From contig NC_043007.1 of assembly GCF_006345805.1 (NCBI RefSeq), positions 3,782,001-3,846,000 on the forward strand: a stretch of 64,000 nucleotides of DNA, in the 5' to 3' direction. This document shows, in pieces, positions 1 to 11,954 of the stretch. Within the stretch, counting starts at the first letter, position 1; the number at the start of each line of letters is the position of its first letter. The stretch is from Octopus sinensis. Lineage: Eukaryota. Below the pieces are notes generated by a model. That model saw only the letters and a list, made by a program, of their open reading frames with translations, searched no databases and was not told where the DNA came from. Both the position numbers and the translations under genes were made by a program.

Positions 1-232
1 TGTGTGTGTTGTGTGTGTTTGTGTTTGTGAATGTCCTCCCAGCATCGCTTGACAACCAATGCTGGTGAGTTTACGTTCCCCTAACTTAGCAGTTCGGCAA
101 AAGAGACTGATATGTGAAGTACTAGGCTTACAAAAGAATAAGTCCTGGGGTCGATTTGCTTGACTAAAGGCAGTGCTCCAGCATGGCCGCAGTCAAATGA
201 CTGAAACAAGTAAAAGAATAAAAGGTTAAAAA
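1..232 (+). mobile_element. tRNA/CORE-like SINE (family A), 3' half
   Basis: Matches the 3' half of the full copies at 23621-24062 and 50773-51185 (cgcttgacaacc..gctggtg..cttagc.gttcggcaaaagaga..gtgctccagcatggccgcagtcaaatgactgaaacaagtaaaaga). Confidence 0.85.
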
Positions 233-235
233 AGT

Positions 236-410
236 AAGCAGCCACTACACTCATGGAGTGGTTGGCGTTAGGAAGGGCATCCAGCTGTAGAAACACTGCC
301 AGATCAAGATTGGAGCCTGGTGCAGCCTTCATGACTTTCCAGACCCTGGTTGAACCGTCCAACCCATGCTAGCATGGAAAACGGACGTTAAATGATGATG
401 ATGATGATGG
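236..410 (+). mobile_element. RTE LINE 3'-terminal fragment
   Basis: Same sequence as 9880-10046 (ccactacactc..ggcgttaggaagggcatccagctgtagaaac..ggacgttaaa) ending in (GAT)n. Confidence 0.85.
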
Positions 411-1168
411 TGGCAGTAGTGGTGGTGGTGGTGGGTGGCGGTGGTGGTGGTGGTGGTGGGGGTGGGTGGGGGTGTTTTGGTGGTGGTGGTGGCGGTGGTG
501 GTGGCAGTGATGGTGGTGGTGGTTGGGGGTATGGTGGTGGTGGTGGTAGGGGTGGTGGTGGTGATGGCGGTGGTGGTGGCAGATGGTGGTGGTGGTGGTG
601 GTGAGTATGGTTGGTGGCGGTGGGGATGGTGGTGGTGGTGGTGGGTATGGTGGTGGTGGTGGTGGGGGGTATGGTGGGGGTGGTGGTGGTGGTGGGTATG
701 GTGGTGGTGGTGGTGGTGGTATGGTGGCGGTGGAGGGTGGTGGTGGTGGTGGTGATGGGTGGATTGGTGGTGGTGGGGTGAGTATGGTGGGGTGGCGTTG
801 ATGGTGGTGGTGGTGGTGGGTATGGTGGTGGTGGGTGTGTTAGGGGTGGTGGTGGTGATGGCGGTGGTGGTGGTGGCGTGATGGTGGTGGTGGTGGTGGG
901 TTATGGTGGTGGTGGTGGTGGTGGTGGTGGTGGTGGTGGTGGTTGGTGGTGGTGGGTATGGTGGTGGTGGTGGTGGTGGTGGTGGCGATGGTGGTGGTGG
1001 TGGTGGTGAGTATGGTGGTGGCAGTGATGGTGGTGGTGGTGGTGGGTATGGTGGTGGTGGTGGTGGTGGTGGTGGTGGTGGTGGTGGTGGTGGTGGTGGG
1101 TATGGTGGTGGTGGTGGTGGTGGTGGTGGTGGTGGTGGGTATGGTGGTGGTGGTGGTGGTGGTGGTGA
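409..1168. repeat. Imperfect (GGT)n array with gggtat/gatggc interruptions
   Basis: Visible directly; it generates the poly-Gly/Val/Pro/His/Thr ORFs in all frames. Confidence 0.95.
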
Positions 1169-1909
1169 TGATCCATGCTCTGAAATCACCAGACCAGTCC
1201 ATGATATTAAGTAACAGTATATATTACAGACTTATGGCTAAGGGTCTCCATGTTCTGATCTCACCATTCATGCATTCAAGAGTCAGCTCTTCTTGTCTAT
1301 TGTTGTGTAACAATACAAGAAATTATTTATGACTATAACACTGACATTCCAATGCTATCGAAATATTCTTATCACTTCCTCTGGTTTTTCATTCTGGCCT
1401 TCGACTGTCTAATCTAAGTCTTGTGTTTATCAATGCAGAAAAAAATGTCAAAGTTATGTGGAAGAACAAAAAAGAAAAAAAAAAGGAAAGGATTAAAAGC
1501 AGTAACTTTTAGATATCTGCTTCACAAAATTGTTATGTTTATTTTTTCTGTTTTTAGTGCAAGTTTTGTTACATAGTTAAGAAGTTGGCAATGCAACCAC
1601 ATGGATCTAGGTTCAATCCCTTGACATGACACCTTGGGCAAGTTATATTTCTCTAAAGCCATAGGTTCGGGAACAAGGGATGGAAGGGATGCAAGAGATC
1701 CAAAAATACCCTTTAGAATTTAGGGCGTCAGGGAAAGGGCAATGAAAATGAGTTCAACTCCCTCTTGTTGAAAAACTGGGTTTGCATCCCTTAAGCAAAC
1801 TTCATTCCTGCATCTATGTCTATGGCATCAGCTGAACCAATGCAACTTAAGTGCTGTTTGGTAAAATTGAGGGTCAACAGAAGTCCACTGTATATATGTT
1901 GTATATATA

Positions 1910-2075
1910 TAGGGGTTGGACAAAATAATGGAAATACCTCAAAATTTCAAACAAATTTATTTTAATATGGGGCAGGATCAACCTTGGCAGTAATTACAGC
2001 TTGAAGTCTATGAGGTACGGACTCATACAAAGTTTGAAAAAACTGATAATGCATGACTCCCCGAGGATGCTCAAG
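1910..2075 (-). mobile_element. Tc1-type transposon, right-end relic
   Basis: TA followed by a TIR-like (c/t)aggggttggacaaaataatggaaatacc. The minus strand encodes QTLYESVPHRLQAVITAKVDPAPY*, the typical Tc1 C-terminus (SMPRRLQAVIxAKGGxTxY). Confidence 0.7.
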
Positions 2076-2098
2076 AGAGTTCCTTTCATGTTACCATA

Positions 2099-2333
2099 CC
2101 TATTTCTTTACTACCCACAAGGGGCTAAACACAGAGGAGACAAACAAGGACAGAGAGATGGATTAAGTTGATTATATCGACCCCAGTGCGTAACTGGTAC
2201 TTAATTTATCGACCCCGAAAGGATGAAAAGCAAAGTCAACCTCGGCAGAATTTGAACTCAGAACATAATGGCAGACAAAATACGGCTACGTATTTCGCCC
2301 GGCGTGCTAACGGTTCTGCCAGCTCGCCGCCTA
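2099..2333 (-). mobile_element. tRNA-SINE family B (MetaSINE-like core), long tail
   Basis: Head aggcggcgagctggcagaa, core ttttcatcctttcggggtcgataaattaagtaccag, tail gccccttgtgggtagtaaagaaatag. About 19 copies or fragments in the window. Confidence 0.85.
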
Positions 2334-2339
2334 ATAACG

Positions 2340-2800
2340 TTTCTCTTCTCCCCAAATGTCATTGCTGTCATAATTCACTTTACAACGAATGTGGAAAGTT
2401 TCTCCATCAGAAAATACCAATGCATTTCTTAGCACAAATCTAATATTGCCTAGAAGCCTGAATCTTATAAGCATGTTTGTTTAGTTTTATTTCCACAGTC
2501 TTGGGCATTGTTTATAGCAAAATTCTTAGTTCTGACAGTTCATACCACAAGCAATTTTCTTGGACTCATATTAAAACCTTCTCCAACTTTGGTCACAATT
2601 GTTTTGCTTATTAGTGTCTTTCTAGATCATAGATTGTCATTCACCAACTTTCTTATCCATTTATTAATGAAATTCCTATGAGATGCATCGTTCCTGTATA
2701 TAAATTGAGAATCTTCGCACAACAGTAATAAGACTTTTCGTCTGTCAACCACAGCACACAGTTATCTTTTCCTTTCACTGTTGTTATTCACAATCAGTTA
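2340..2800 (-). pseudogene. Decayed Tc1/mariner transposase, N-terminal half, rosa (DD41D)-like
   Basis: Frameshifted minus-strand pieces CVLWL, NKWIRK, MSPRK, AYKIQ and LVFSDGETFHIRCKVNYDSNDIWGEEN resemble VFSDEAxFHLxGxVNxxNxRIWxxENP. HERNS (cf. HERDSPK) resumes beyond the SINE near 2080. Subfamily assignment is tentative because the third catalytic residue is absent. Confidence 0.6.
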
Positions 2801-2934
2801 AAGTATCTGATAATACATTACTTTAGTCCTGATTCTAGTCTTATTTTCTTTTCATACAGTTGGCCTATATTTCAGTTATCTTTAATAGTCCCATTGTCCC
2901 AGTTTTGAGCATGGTCACCTGCATCTACTCAGGT

Positions 2935-3200
2935 AATGCTAAGTTGCTTGAGATGTTGAGACTTTCTTGCTCCATGTCTTCTTGGGTCTCTGGCTCATTC
3001 TTTGTCCCTCGGGTGGTACCCATTGTATAGCTTTCTCGAGTATTTGTTCTTCTGGCAGCCAGAAAACATGATCTGCAAGTCTCACTTTTCTTTCCATCAC
3101 AGTCTCCAGCAGGCTGCACAGACTGGCTCTTCATCACTGAGTACTTCCTTCGCTGCCAGTCCGAAGCCCTGATGTTTAAGGTTGGGGGTGATCAGGGGTC
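2935..3200 (-). pseudogene. Old non-LTR retrotransposon ORF2 C-terminus relic (RTE/L2-like)
   Basis: Minus frame SLLETVMERKVRLADHVFWLPEEQILEKAIQWVPPEGQRMSQRPKKTW matches RxLRxAGHVxR..WxPxGxRxRGRPKKTW. Confidence 0.7.
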
Positions 3201-3668
3201 TTGCAACCAGACACCAGAACTGCTGAGGAGAACACTCATGTGGGAAAACAACAATTGCTACTGAAACAGCAACAAAATAAATTATAATAAATTATAATAA
3301 ATTATAGTAAATTATAATAAGAAAATATTTTAGAACATTGATAAGTAAACATTTTATGAATATATTTTTTGCATGCAGTTAACAGCATATTTCTCTCATG
3401 TGAACAACCAAAGTCATTAACATTTAAAATTGCATAGGAACTATTATGAATAATAAAGGCTATTAATTTGATTTGAAATGTAGGCTTATGCCAATAAATG
3501 AAGTTACTATATTTAGACTGAATGATACTAAAATGGTTTTATAATAAAAAAACATCATTAATTCTGCTTCCTTGATTTTTTTTTTTTGCAACAATACCTA
3601 AATATTATCCCTTCAAAATACCCAAAAAGAAAAAACGATTCAAAACTGGATCAAACAAAAACATAAAG

Positions 3669-3711
<43 letters not shown>

Positions 3712-3730
3712 TAACAATAACAATAATAAT

Positions 3731-3992
3731 CTGAAAACAGAAACAATTCCTATCATAGTAGGTGCATTAGTCATGATAAAAAAATATTCAGACAAATACA
3801 TAACAAAAACACCAGGACTTACAAACACATATAACATACAGAAAATTGCACTACTAGGCACTGCACACATCCTACGCAGAACACTTTCCATACAATAACC
3901 ATCAGAGCATCACAACAAACCACAGCACATACCCAAGGCACACAGAGCTGTGCTCGGTAGTGAAGTGAAAGCACGCTATAAAAATAAAACTA

Positions 3993-3995
<3 letters not shown>
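3731..3995 (+). mobile_element. R4/Dong-type RLE retrotransposon, 265-bp 3' fragment inside (AAT)n
   Basis: About 4 differences from 49720-49984; (AAT)n on both sides (3671-3730, 3996-4031). Confidence 0.9.
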
Positions 3996-4033
<38 letters not shown>

Positions 4034-4489
4034 TGATGATGATGATGATGGAAATATTTTTTTAAGTATCAAAATTCCAATCCTTTGTTAATGCAGGATT
4101 TGAAATAAATATTTATCCTAAACAAAAAAGAACACAAATATATTTGTCCCCACCCATGCCAATATGGAAGGCAGACATTAAATGATGATGTACGTTAAAA
4201 CATTGTAAAAAGTGCGGAAGTAAAAAGGAGAAAGTGTGTCCCACATATTTCCCAGGTGTCGCAGTTAATTTTGTATGAAATAAACAGTTAAAGGAATGCT
4301 TATAGAGCGACAAGCAAGCACATGCACGCAGACATAGGTTTAGAACAAAGACACAATACATTCAAATGCACAGAAGTATATATATAAGTATATATAAGTA
4401 TATGTTTTAATGCAGCATTGGACTTACATCCATCAGTAACTCTTAGTCACTGAGAATCTTATGTAACTTTACAGGGAAGTAATACAGAC

Positions 4490-4614
4490 AGACACACACA
4501 CACACACACACATACACATATATATATATATATATACATGTCTGTGTGTGTGTGTATATATATACATACATGTGTATATATATATATATATATTATATAT
4601 ATATATATTATATA

Positions 4615-4695
<81 letters not shown>

Positions 4696-4715
4696 TATAT
4701 ATATGTGTATATATC

Positions 4716-4795
<80 letters not shown>

Positions 4796-4813
4796 ATATA
4801 TATGCACATACAT
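4490..4813. repeat. (CA)n/(TA)n microsatellite block
   Basis: Visible directly. Confidence 0.95.
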
Positions 4814-5119
4814 GTGGAGGCGCAATGGCCAAGTGGCTAGGGCAGCAGACTCGCGGTCATAGGATAGCGGTTTCGATTCCCAGACCGGGCGTTGTGAGTG
4901 TTTATTGAGTGAAAACACCTAAAGCTCCACGAGGCTCCGGCAGGGGTTGGTGGCGATCCCTGCTGTACTCTTTCACCACAACTTTTCTCTCACTCTTTCT
5001 TCTGTTGGCCTGCTCGCTTAGCCAGCGGGGTGGATTCATTTGAAGGCTAAAACATTGTGAAGCGCATTGTGACCAGCGATGTGTAGCAATATCTGATAGC
5101 CTGGTCGGTGACGATGACG
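4814..5119 (+). mobile_element. tRNA(Arg-like) SINE family C, tail type 1
   Basis: A box tggccaagtgg, B-box-like ggtttcgattcc, anticodon-like gactcgcggtc; ~14-bp TSD atat(g/a)cacatacat. Confidence 0.85.
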
Positions 5120-5665
5120 ATATACACATACATATACAAATGCACACACACACCATGCATACAGGCATACATACATAACCACATATATACATAGCTGAAT
5201 GCATATTTACATACATACACACACAGACACATAAATACAAGTGTTCATACACATGTAAATGCATACATGCATACATATATATATGCACACGTAGATACAT
5301 ACACACACACATATATATACATACATACATACACACATGCTTACACACACATGCGTACATACATACATACATATACATACACACATGCACATACCCACAC
5401 ACACACCAGCACACAGATACAAATACTCACACACACATGCATGCATACATAGATACATACATACATACATACATATACATACATACATACATGCATATAT
5501 ACATACATACATACATACATATATATACATACATACATACATACATACACACACACATACATACACACACACACATGCATACATACATACATACATACAC
5601 ACATACATACATACATACATACATACATACGTACATACATCCATACATACATACATGAATACATA
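5120..5665. repeat. (CATA)n/(CA)n microsatellite block
   Basis: Visible directly. Similar blocks at 17830-17990, 25255-25680, 26150-26760, 30728-31130, 33560-33860, 52590-52730 and 57590-57990. Confidence 0.95.
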
Positions 5666-6019
5666 TATTTGTTTTGTTTAGCAAAAGAATAAATAATTTT
5701 TGTGTGAAATAAAGCATGAAGTTTCGCCTGCTTCCAGCTTTGTGAGTCATTCAACAATTTACATTCAACAACGAAAAACATGATGAAAGAATGAGTAAGT
5801 TTACAGTGAAATCCACTTTAGCCCAATTGTAGAAATGTGAGCTGGGAATTGACAACAACCATCACTGCACCCCCCTCCTCCCCCCTCCTCTTTGTCCTCC
5901 TTTTCCTCCTCTTCCTCCTTTTTTTATTCCCCCCTCCTCAACTCATCACACCCAACATGGCATCATAGCATAACACCAAGAGCATTCACGTGGTCAATAA
6001 CCAGCTGATATCTATATCT

Positions 6020-6060
<41 letters not shown>

Positions 6061-6063
<3 letters not shown>

Positions 6064-6428
6064 ATAAAAGGGTAAAATCAATTAATTATAATTAATTCAC
6101 CAAGTAGTGTTCAGTATGTAAAGGACCATTCAAGGTATATTTAAAATATTACGTTATATAATTAGGGCTCAGTAAAATAATTTACTTTACCACATACTGA
6201 AACTTTTAGAAATAGCAACCAAAAAGTTTTTTTAGCCATTTCTACTACTATAAGAAAAACTTTTTGGCTGCTATTTCTAAAAGTTTCAGTATGTGGTAAA
6301 GTAAATTATTTTACTGAGCCCTAATTATATAACGTAATATTTTGAATACACCTTGAATGGTCCTTTTACATACTGAACACTACTTGGTGAAATTAATTAA
6401 TAATTAATTGATTTTACCCTTTTATTAT
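6061..6428. mobile_element. Foldback (palindromic) MITE-like element
   Basis: Arm 6061-6231 is the near-perfect reverse complement of 6255-6428 with a ~23-nt spacer; embedded in (TA)n. Confidence 0.9.
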
Positions 6429-6430
6429 TG

Positions 6431-6464
<34 letters not shown>

Positions 6465-6822
6465 TACATGCATGCACACACATATACAAACACAAATATA
6501 TACACAGTGGCATTTGTTGGATGTGTGTGTGTGTGTGTGTGTGTGTACATTAGGTAATCCTCAGCATAATATCTTCTGTGTCATTGAAGACTGTCTTTCT
6601 GCCTGCATTGTTTCTAGAATGAAGTCGGATTAGTAAAGCCTCTAGCTCTATCTCTTTGCCTGTTCTGTTGTCTTCTTCTTCTTCTTCTTCTTCTCACTCT
6701 CTTCCTACTCCCTCTTTCTTTCTCTCTCTCTCTCTCCCTTTGTGTTTGTGTGTATATATATATATATATATAATATATATATATATACATATATTTTATA
6801 CCATTTACCATTTGTATATATA

Positions 6823-6998
6823 CTGTATTTTAATATGTTTAAGAACCCCTGTTTGTCAGAAATTAGGTTAAAAAATATGGGAGTTTCTTATACATGTTTA
6901 GTATTATAATACCTTACAAAACTTTTTATCCACATTTTAAGCCCCCAAAATTAGGGGTTCCTTATACATGACGGTTCCTTATACATGTTAAAATATGG
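6823..6998. mobile_element. pogo/Tc-type MITE
   Basis: TA flanks; imperfect TIRs ctgtattttaatatgtttaagaacc and (reverse complement) ccatattttaacatgtataaggaacc. Confidence 0.6.
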
Positions 6999-7397
6999 TA
7001 TATATATAATTCCTCCCCGTTCCTGCGAAATCTTGTATCCCTGCCATAAGGCTTTACTTCCAATCATGCAAGCTTAATTTAATTCGTACTCAGTCAAAAG
7101 ACACCTGTTGTTATGTCCTGTTATTTGTATTTGTGTAACATTCTCCATTTTATTTTTCTGTCCTTGTTTTCATATACATTCACTGCTTTCTTTCAAGGAA
7201 TCTAATGCTCTTAGCTTAGTTTTACCTTGGGGCAGGCCAAATTGGAGCAATCGCGAGTATAACCAGCTGAAATTGTAAAGATAATCTGGAACTTTTCTTT
7301 GTATTGTCTATCTGGATGTTTTGTTGTCCCTTTTTTGCATCACTTAACTGTCTGGATGTTTTGCATTCTTGTCCCATTTTATATATATATATATATA

Positions 7398-10046
7398 CAG
7401 CAAAGTACCATCTCGACCCAGAGTAACATGGTGGTGGAACACTGTGGTTGACAGGGCTATTAGACAAAAGAGACAGGCTTGGAAGGACTGGAAGAACGGT
7501 GGTAGCAGGGAATTGTATCAGACAGCCAGAAGGGAAGCTAGGAGACAGGTTTATTTAGCCAGAGGGGAAGCGGATAAGAAAAAATTTGCCAATGTTCTGA
7601 GCCGTGAGGATGAAAGACTTGAGGTATTTCGTGTTGCAAGACAGTGTGTGAGAGAGAATCGTGATGTGGTAGGAGAGAAGTGTGTTCGCATGGATGATGG
7701 TTCACTTGCGCTAAATGAGGATGCAAAGAGAGAGGTTTAGAGATGCCACTATGAAAGGTTGCTGAATAAAGAAAATGAATGGGATAAAGAGAGTCTGTCG
7801 AATGTTGGCCCAACAGAGGGACCAGCTATCCAAGTTGATAGTTCCGTGGTAGCTAAGGCAATTAGAAGCATGAAGACAGGGAAAGCCCCAGGCCCATCAG
7901 GAATTACTGCAGAGATGCTCAAAATATCTGGCAGTGTCGGCTATAACCTAGTCACCCGTATAGTCAACCAGGTGATACACGAAGGAGTCATACCCAATGA
8001 CTGGTGTAGCAGCATACTAGTCAACTGCTACAAAAGTAAAGGTGATGCCCTAGATACAAATAATTACAGAGGTATCAAGCTGTTGGATCAGGTAATGAAG
8101 GTTGCGGAGAGGGTCATAGCCCAACTAATTAGAGAGAGTTTAGATGAGATGCAGTTTGGGTTCGTGCCAGGGAAAAGCACCACTGATGCTATATTCCTGG
8201 TAAGGCAGCTGCAGGATAAATACCTAGCCAAAGATAAGCCCCTGTACCTGGCTTTCGTTGACATGGAGAAAGCCTTTGATAGGGTCCCCCGATCCCTCAT
8301 CTGGTGGTCAATGAGGAAACTAGGGATAGATGAATGGCTGGTGAGGGCTGTGCAAGCCATGTACAGAGATGCCGTAAGTAAGGTTAGGGTTGGCAACATG
8401 TACACAGAAGAGTTCAAAGTAGAGGTAGGGGTCCACCAGGGTTCAGTACTCAGCCCCCTCCTATTTATCATAGTCCTCCAGGCAATTGTGGAGGAATTCA
8501 AGACAGGTTGCCCCTGGGAGCTCCTCTATGCTGACGACCTCGCTCTAATTGCTGAGTCACTATCAGAACTGGAGGAGAAGTTCCAGGTGTGGAAGGAGGG
8601 TTTAGAATCGAGGGGCCTTAGAGTCAACCTAGCTAAACCCAAAGTACTAATAAGTAGAAAGGTAGACAATCCACAAATATCCTCGGGAAGATGGCCTTGC
8701 TCGATCTGTAGAAAAGGTGTAGGTAGAAACTCTATAAGATGTACCCAGTGTAAGCTATGGACACATAAGAGGTGCAGCAATGTCAAAGGTAGGCTAACTG
8801 GGAAGATAGTTTTTGTATGTGGCAGATGCTCGGGAGCATTGACCTCCGAAAATCTGCAGAAAACAACTTCCATCACTTTCCGGGGGGAAAAACTAGAAGT
8901 AGTTGATAGCTTCCGCTATCTAGGTGACCAAGTCAGTAGTGGGGGTGGGTGCACTGAAAGTGTAACTGCTAGAATAAGAATAGCTTGGGCAAAGTTTAGG
9001 GAGCTCTTACCTCTGCTGGTGACTAAAGGCCTCTCGCTCAGAATAAAAGGCAGACTGTATGATGCATGCATACGAACAGCTATGCTACATGGCAGTGAAA
9101 CATGGGCCGTGACTGCTAAGGACATGCGTAAGCTCGTGAGGAATGAAGCCAGTATGCTCCGATGGATGTGTAATGTCAGTGTACTTACTCGACAGAGCGT
9201 TAGTACCTTGAGAGAAATGTTGTACCTAAGAAGCATCAGTTGTGGTGTGCAAGAGAGACGATTGCACTGGTATGGTCATGTGGCGAGAATGGATGAAGAT
9301 AGGTGTGTGAGAAAGTGCCAATCCCTAGCAGTTGAGGGAACCCGTGGAAGAGGTAGACCCAGGAAAACCTGGGACGAGGTGGTGAAGCACGACCTTCGGA
9401 CGTTAGGTCTCACCCTGGAAATGACTAAAGACCGAGACCTATGGAAGTATGCTGTGCGTGAGAAGACCCGGCAAGACTAGTGAAGCCATAACCCGTGGCC
9501 CCTACCTGGGACGTAGTCAGTCCACCTGTGCATACCTTCCTTCTTGTGACACTTGTGAAGACCTGTTGAGGCAAGTAAAAATCAAATCAAATCAAATCAA
9601 ATCAAATCAAACCAAATCAAAATAGATGAACATCAATGGAATTTGTATCCTTGTGGTACCAGTGCCGGTGGCACATAAGAAAATCATCCGAACGTGACCG
9701 TAGCCAGTACCGCATCGACTGGCCTCCGTGCTGAGGGTACGTAACAAACACCATCCGAGCGTGGCCGTTCGCCAACCTCGTCTGGCACCTGTGTCGATGA
9801 CACATAAGAAAACACCATCCGAGCGTGGCCGTCTGCCAGCCTCGTCTGGCACCTGTGTCGGTGGCACATAAAATCACCCACTACACTCTCGGAGTGATTG
9901 GCGTTAGGAAGGGCATCCAGCTGTAGAAACACTGCCAGATCTGACTGGCCTGGTGCAGCCTTCGGGCTTGCCAGACCCCAGTTGAACCGTCCAACCCATG
10001 CTAGCATGGAAAGCGGACGTTAAACGATGATGATGATGATGATGAT
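7398..10046 (+). mobile_element. RTE-clade LINE, 5'-truncated, with complete 3'UTR and (GAT)n tail
   Basis: One reading frame 7399-9480, then a 3'UTR with (AAATC)n, 63-bp tandem units and the terminal gaagggcatccagctgta motif. Confidence 0.93.
7399..9480 (+). pseudogene. RTE ORF2 (linker, reverse transcriptase, C-terminus); endonuclease missing; premature TAG at 7738-7740
   Basis: RT motifs KAPGPSG, YRGIKLL, QFGFVPGKSTTDAIF, FVDMEKAFDRV, GVHQGSVLSPLLF, YADDLAL, FRYLG; RTE C-terminus WYGHVARM..RGRGRPRKTW. ORFs 7369-7740 and 7759-9480 share a frame across a TGG-to-TAG change. Confidence 0.92.
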
Positions 10047-10073
10047 ACATATATATATATATATACATACATA

Positions 10074-10944
10074 CAGGGTACGATGCATAAATGACACCAT
10101 TTTATAATTTTAATTTTGCATATGTGCATTGTTTTTAATTTTATCACCTACACATTATAGTAGGGTTAGTTGGGCACCGTCTGTGAGAAAAACTGCACGA
10201 TGATGCAATTCACTCCGCCAGAAATTTGGAAATGGTAGGCTATACGGCTCAGCATTTGCTCTGGAAGCTCCAGTTTGAATAGATGGTGAACACACAGAAC
10301 AACCATTGGTTTTCAGTGTTCCCAAAACATGTGATAAAAACTAAACATTCATTCAACATCATGTTGTTTGAAATGATCACAAGAGATGGCAACGTTATGC
10401 CTCCATTCATCTTCCCACACAGCCTCAGACTGAACACGGGGACCTACAAGTGTCTGGAGGAGATAGTGATGTCCTGGGTGAAGAGGGTGGCAGCTGGAAG
10501 ATCCTATGTCTGGCAACAGGACTCTGCACCATGCCACACAAGCAGGAGAACCCAGTCATGGCTGTCAGACAATTTCTGCAACCACATCACCCCTAACATC
10601 TGGCCACTTAACTTCCCATGCTGCAACCTCCCTTGATTATTATGTGTGGGGTGCAGTTGAGTGAGAGACCAACAAAACTCCTTGTAACACCAAAGATGAG
10701 CTGAAGGCAAGGATTATGGTAGCATTCACCAACTTAAACAAAGAAATCATCCAGAAGAGTTGCAGGAGATTCTGAAGTCATCTGGAGGCTGTGGTTGAAG
10801 CCAATGGCGATTTTCTTGAATAAATTTACGCTTTAGTATTTCAAGATATTTCTATGTAATTTTGGTAAATATATCTTAAAATGAGATGTCAGAGTTATTT
10901 TCATTTTTGCATAATTTAGACAACAATATATTTACTGCACCCTG
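10074..10944 (+). mobile_element. maT (DD37D) transposon, internally deleted
   Basis: TA|CAGGGT ... CACCCTG|TA ends. YVWQQDSAPCH..WP..NPLDYYVWGAVE has 37 residues between the 2nd and 3rd Asp after correcting one frameshift near 10629; C-terminus LEAVVEANGDFLE*. Confidence 0.85.
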
Positions 10945-11173
10945 TATGTATATATATATATGCACACACACATACATACACACACTGATACACATGTGTG
11001 TGTGTGTGTATATATATATATATACATACATACACATACACACACAGAGAGTCACGTGTATGTATATACATTTATACATATATGTATATACACACACACA
11101 TACACATGCGTCCACACTCATGTTTGTTTGACCACTTCTTCCACACCTCTCTCTCCCCCTCTCTCTCTAACTC

Positions 11174-11205
<32 letters not shown>

Positions 11206-11547
11206 CATATAAGAATAATGAAGTTATTGTATACAGTGCTCAGGTGCACTACAATCTGCCAATCTTTCTGTCTAATCTAATGTAGTCTAATCTAATCCAA
11301 TCTAATCCTAACCAAATCCATTGAAACAGATTAAGTGACCAGGCTATGTTCAAGAAACAGTTCCTTACTTCTCATTAAACATATCACTTTATCACTTAAG
11401 CCTTTACCTCCCTAAGGGGCACTGGTCATCAATGTCTTATCTCCTTGGTTTTCACTCTGGGCCATCTCTTGCTCTCTCAAGTTTTGTTAGGTTCGGATCA
11501 TTGCCAATACTTGTATAAGTTTGCTATTTTCTAGGTAGGGTTGTTGG

Positions 11548-11954
11548 CAGTGCTGGATTAATCATTAAGCAAAATAAGCAGTCTCTTAGGGAATCAAGAG
11601 AATGGGTGGTGAGGCACCACACAAATGGTAAATGGCTTATGGCACAAAAGAAATCATTTAAAACTTGCTGAAATAATATTAAAAGTGATTTATGTGATCA
11701 GAAATTTAATTTCAAAGTGCTTATGGTGTCATGGTGAGAATCTGACCAAAGACTTTGCCATTAAAAAAAGTAAGAAAAAACTTTTCAAATATAAATAAAA
11801 TGAAAGTATAAAAAAATAAATATTATTTTCCCTCTTTTGTTTCATTTTGAAAAATAAACATTTATTTTATGGTTTATATTTTGAATTGCAAATATACAGG
11901 AGTACTAAAATCTTTTAAGTACATAGAGCCTTTATGTGTCTTAATCCAACCCTG
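11548..11954 (+). mobile_element. hAT-type MITE
   Basis: TIRs cagtgctggattaa / ttaatccaaccctg; 8-bp TSD gttgttgg / ggtgttgg; second copy at 45680-46539. Confidence 0.8.

Noticed and set aside
329-1332. Gly/Tyr-rich (GGY, suckerin-like) and Pro/His-rich ORFs
   Set aside because: Almost pure GGT codons, the Gly frame shifts at least twice, and there is no signal peptide or splice structure. This is a trinucleotide repeat.
2860-2932. Plus-strand 73-nt exon-like segment (ttttcatacag| ... cag|gtaatg; LAYISVIFNSPIVPVLSMVTCIYS)
   Set aside because: Wedged between two TE relics, no recognisable peptide, no partner exon; such sites occur by chance.
4814-4885. SINE heads as tRNA genes (also 36901, 62634 and family A/B heads)
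   Set aside because: No acceptor stem, they continue into SINE cores, and TSDs flank the whole elements.
4459-5781. Long HT/YI/CV/MYVC-repeat ORFs here and throughout the window
   Set aside because: Translations of (CA)n, (TA)n and (CATA)n microsatellites.
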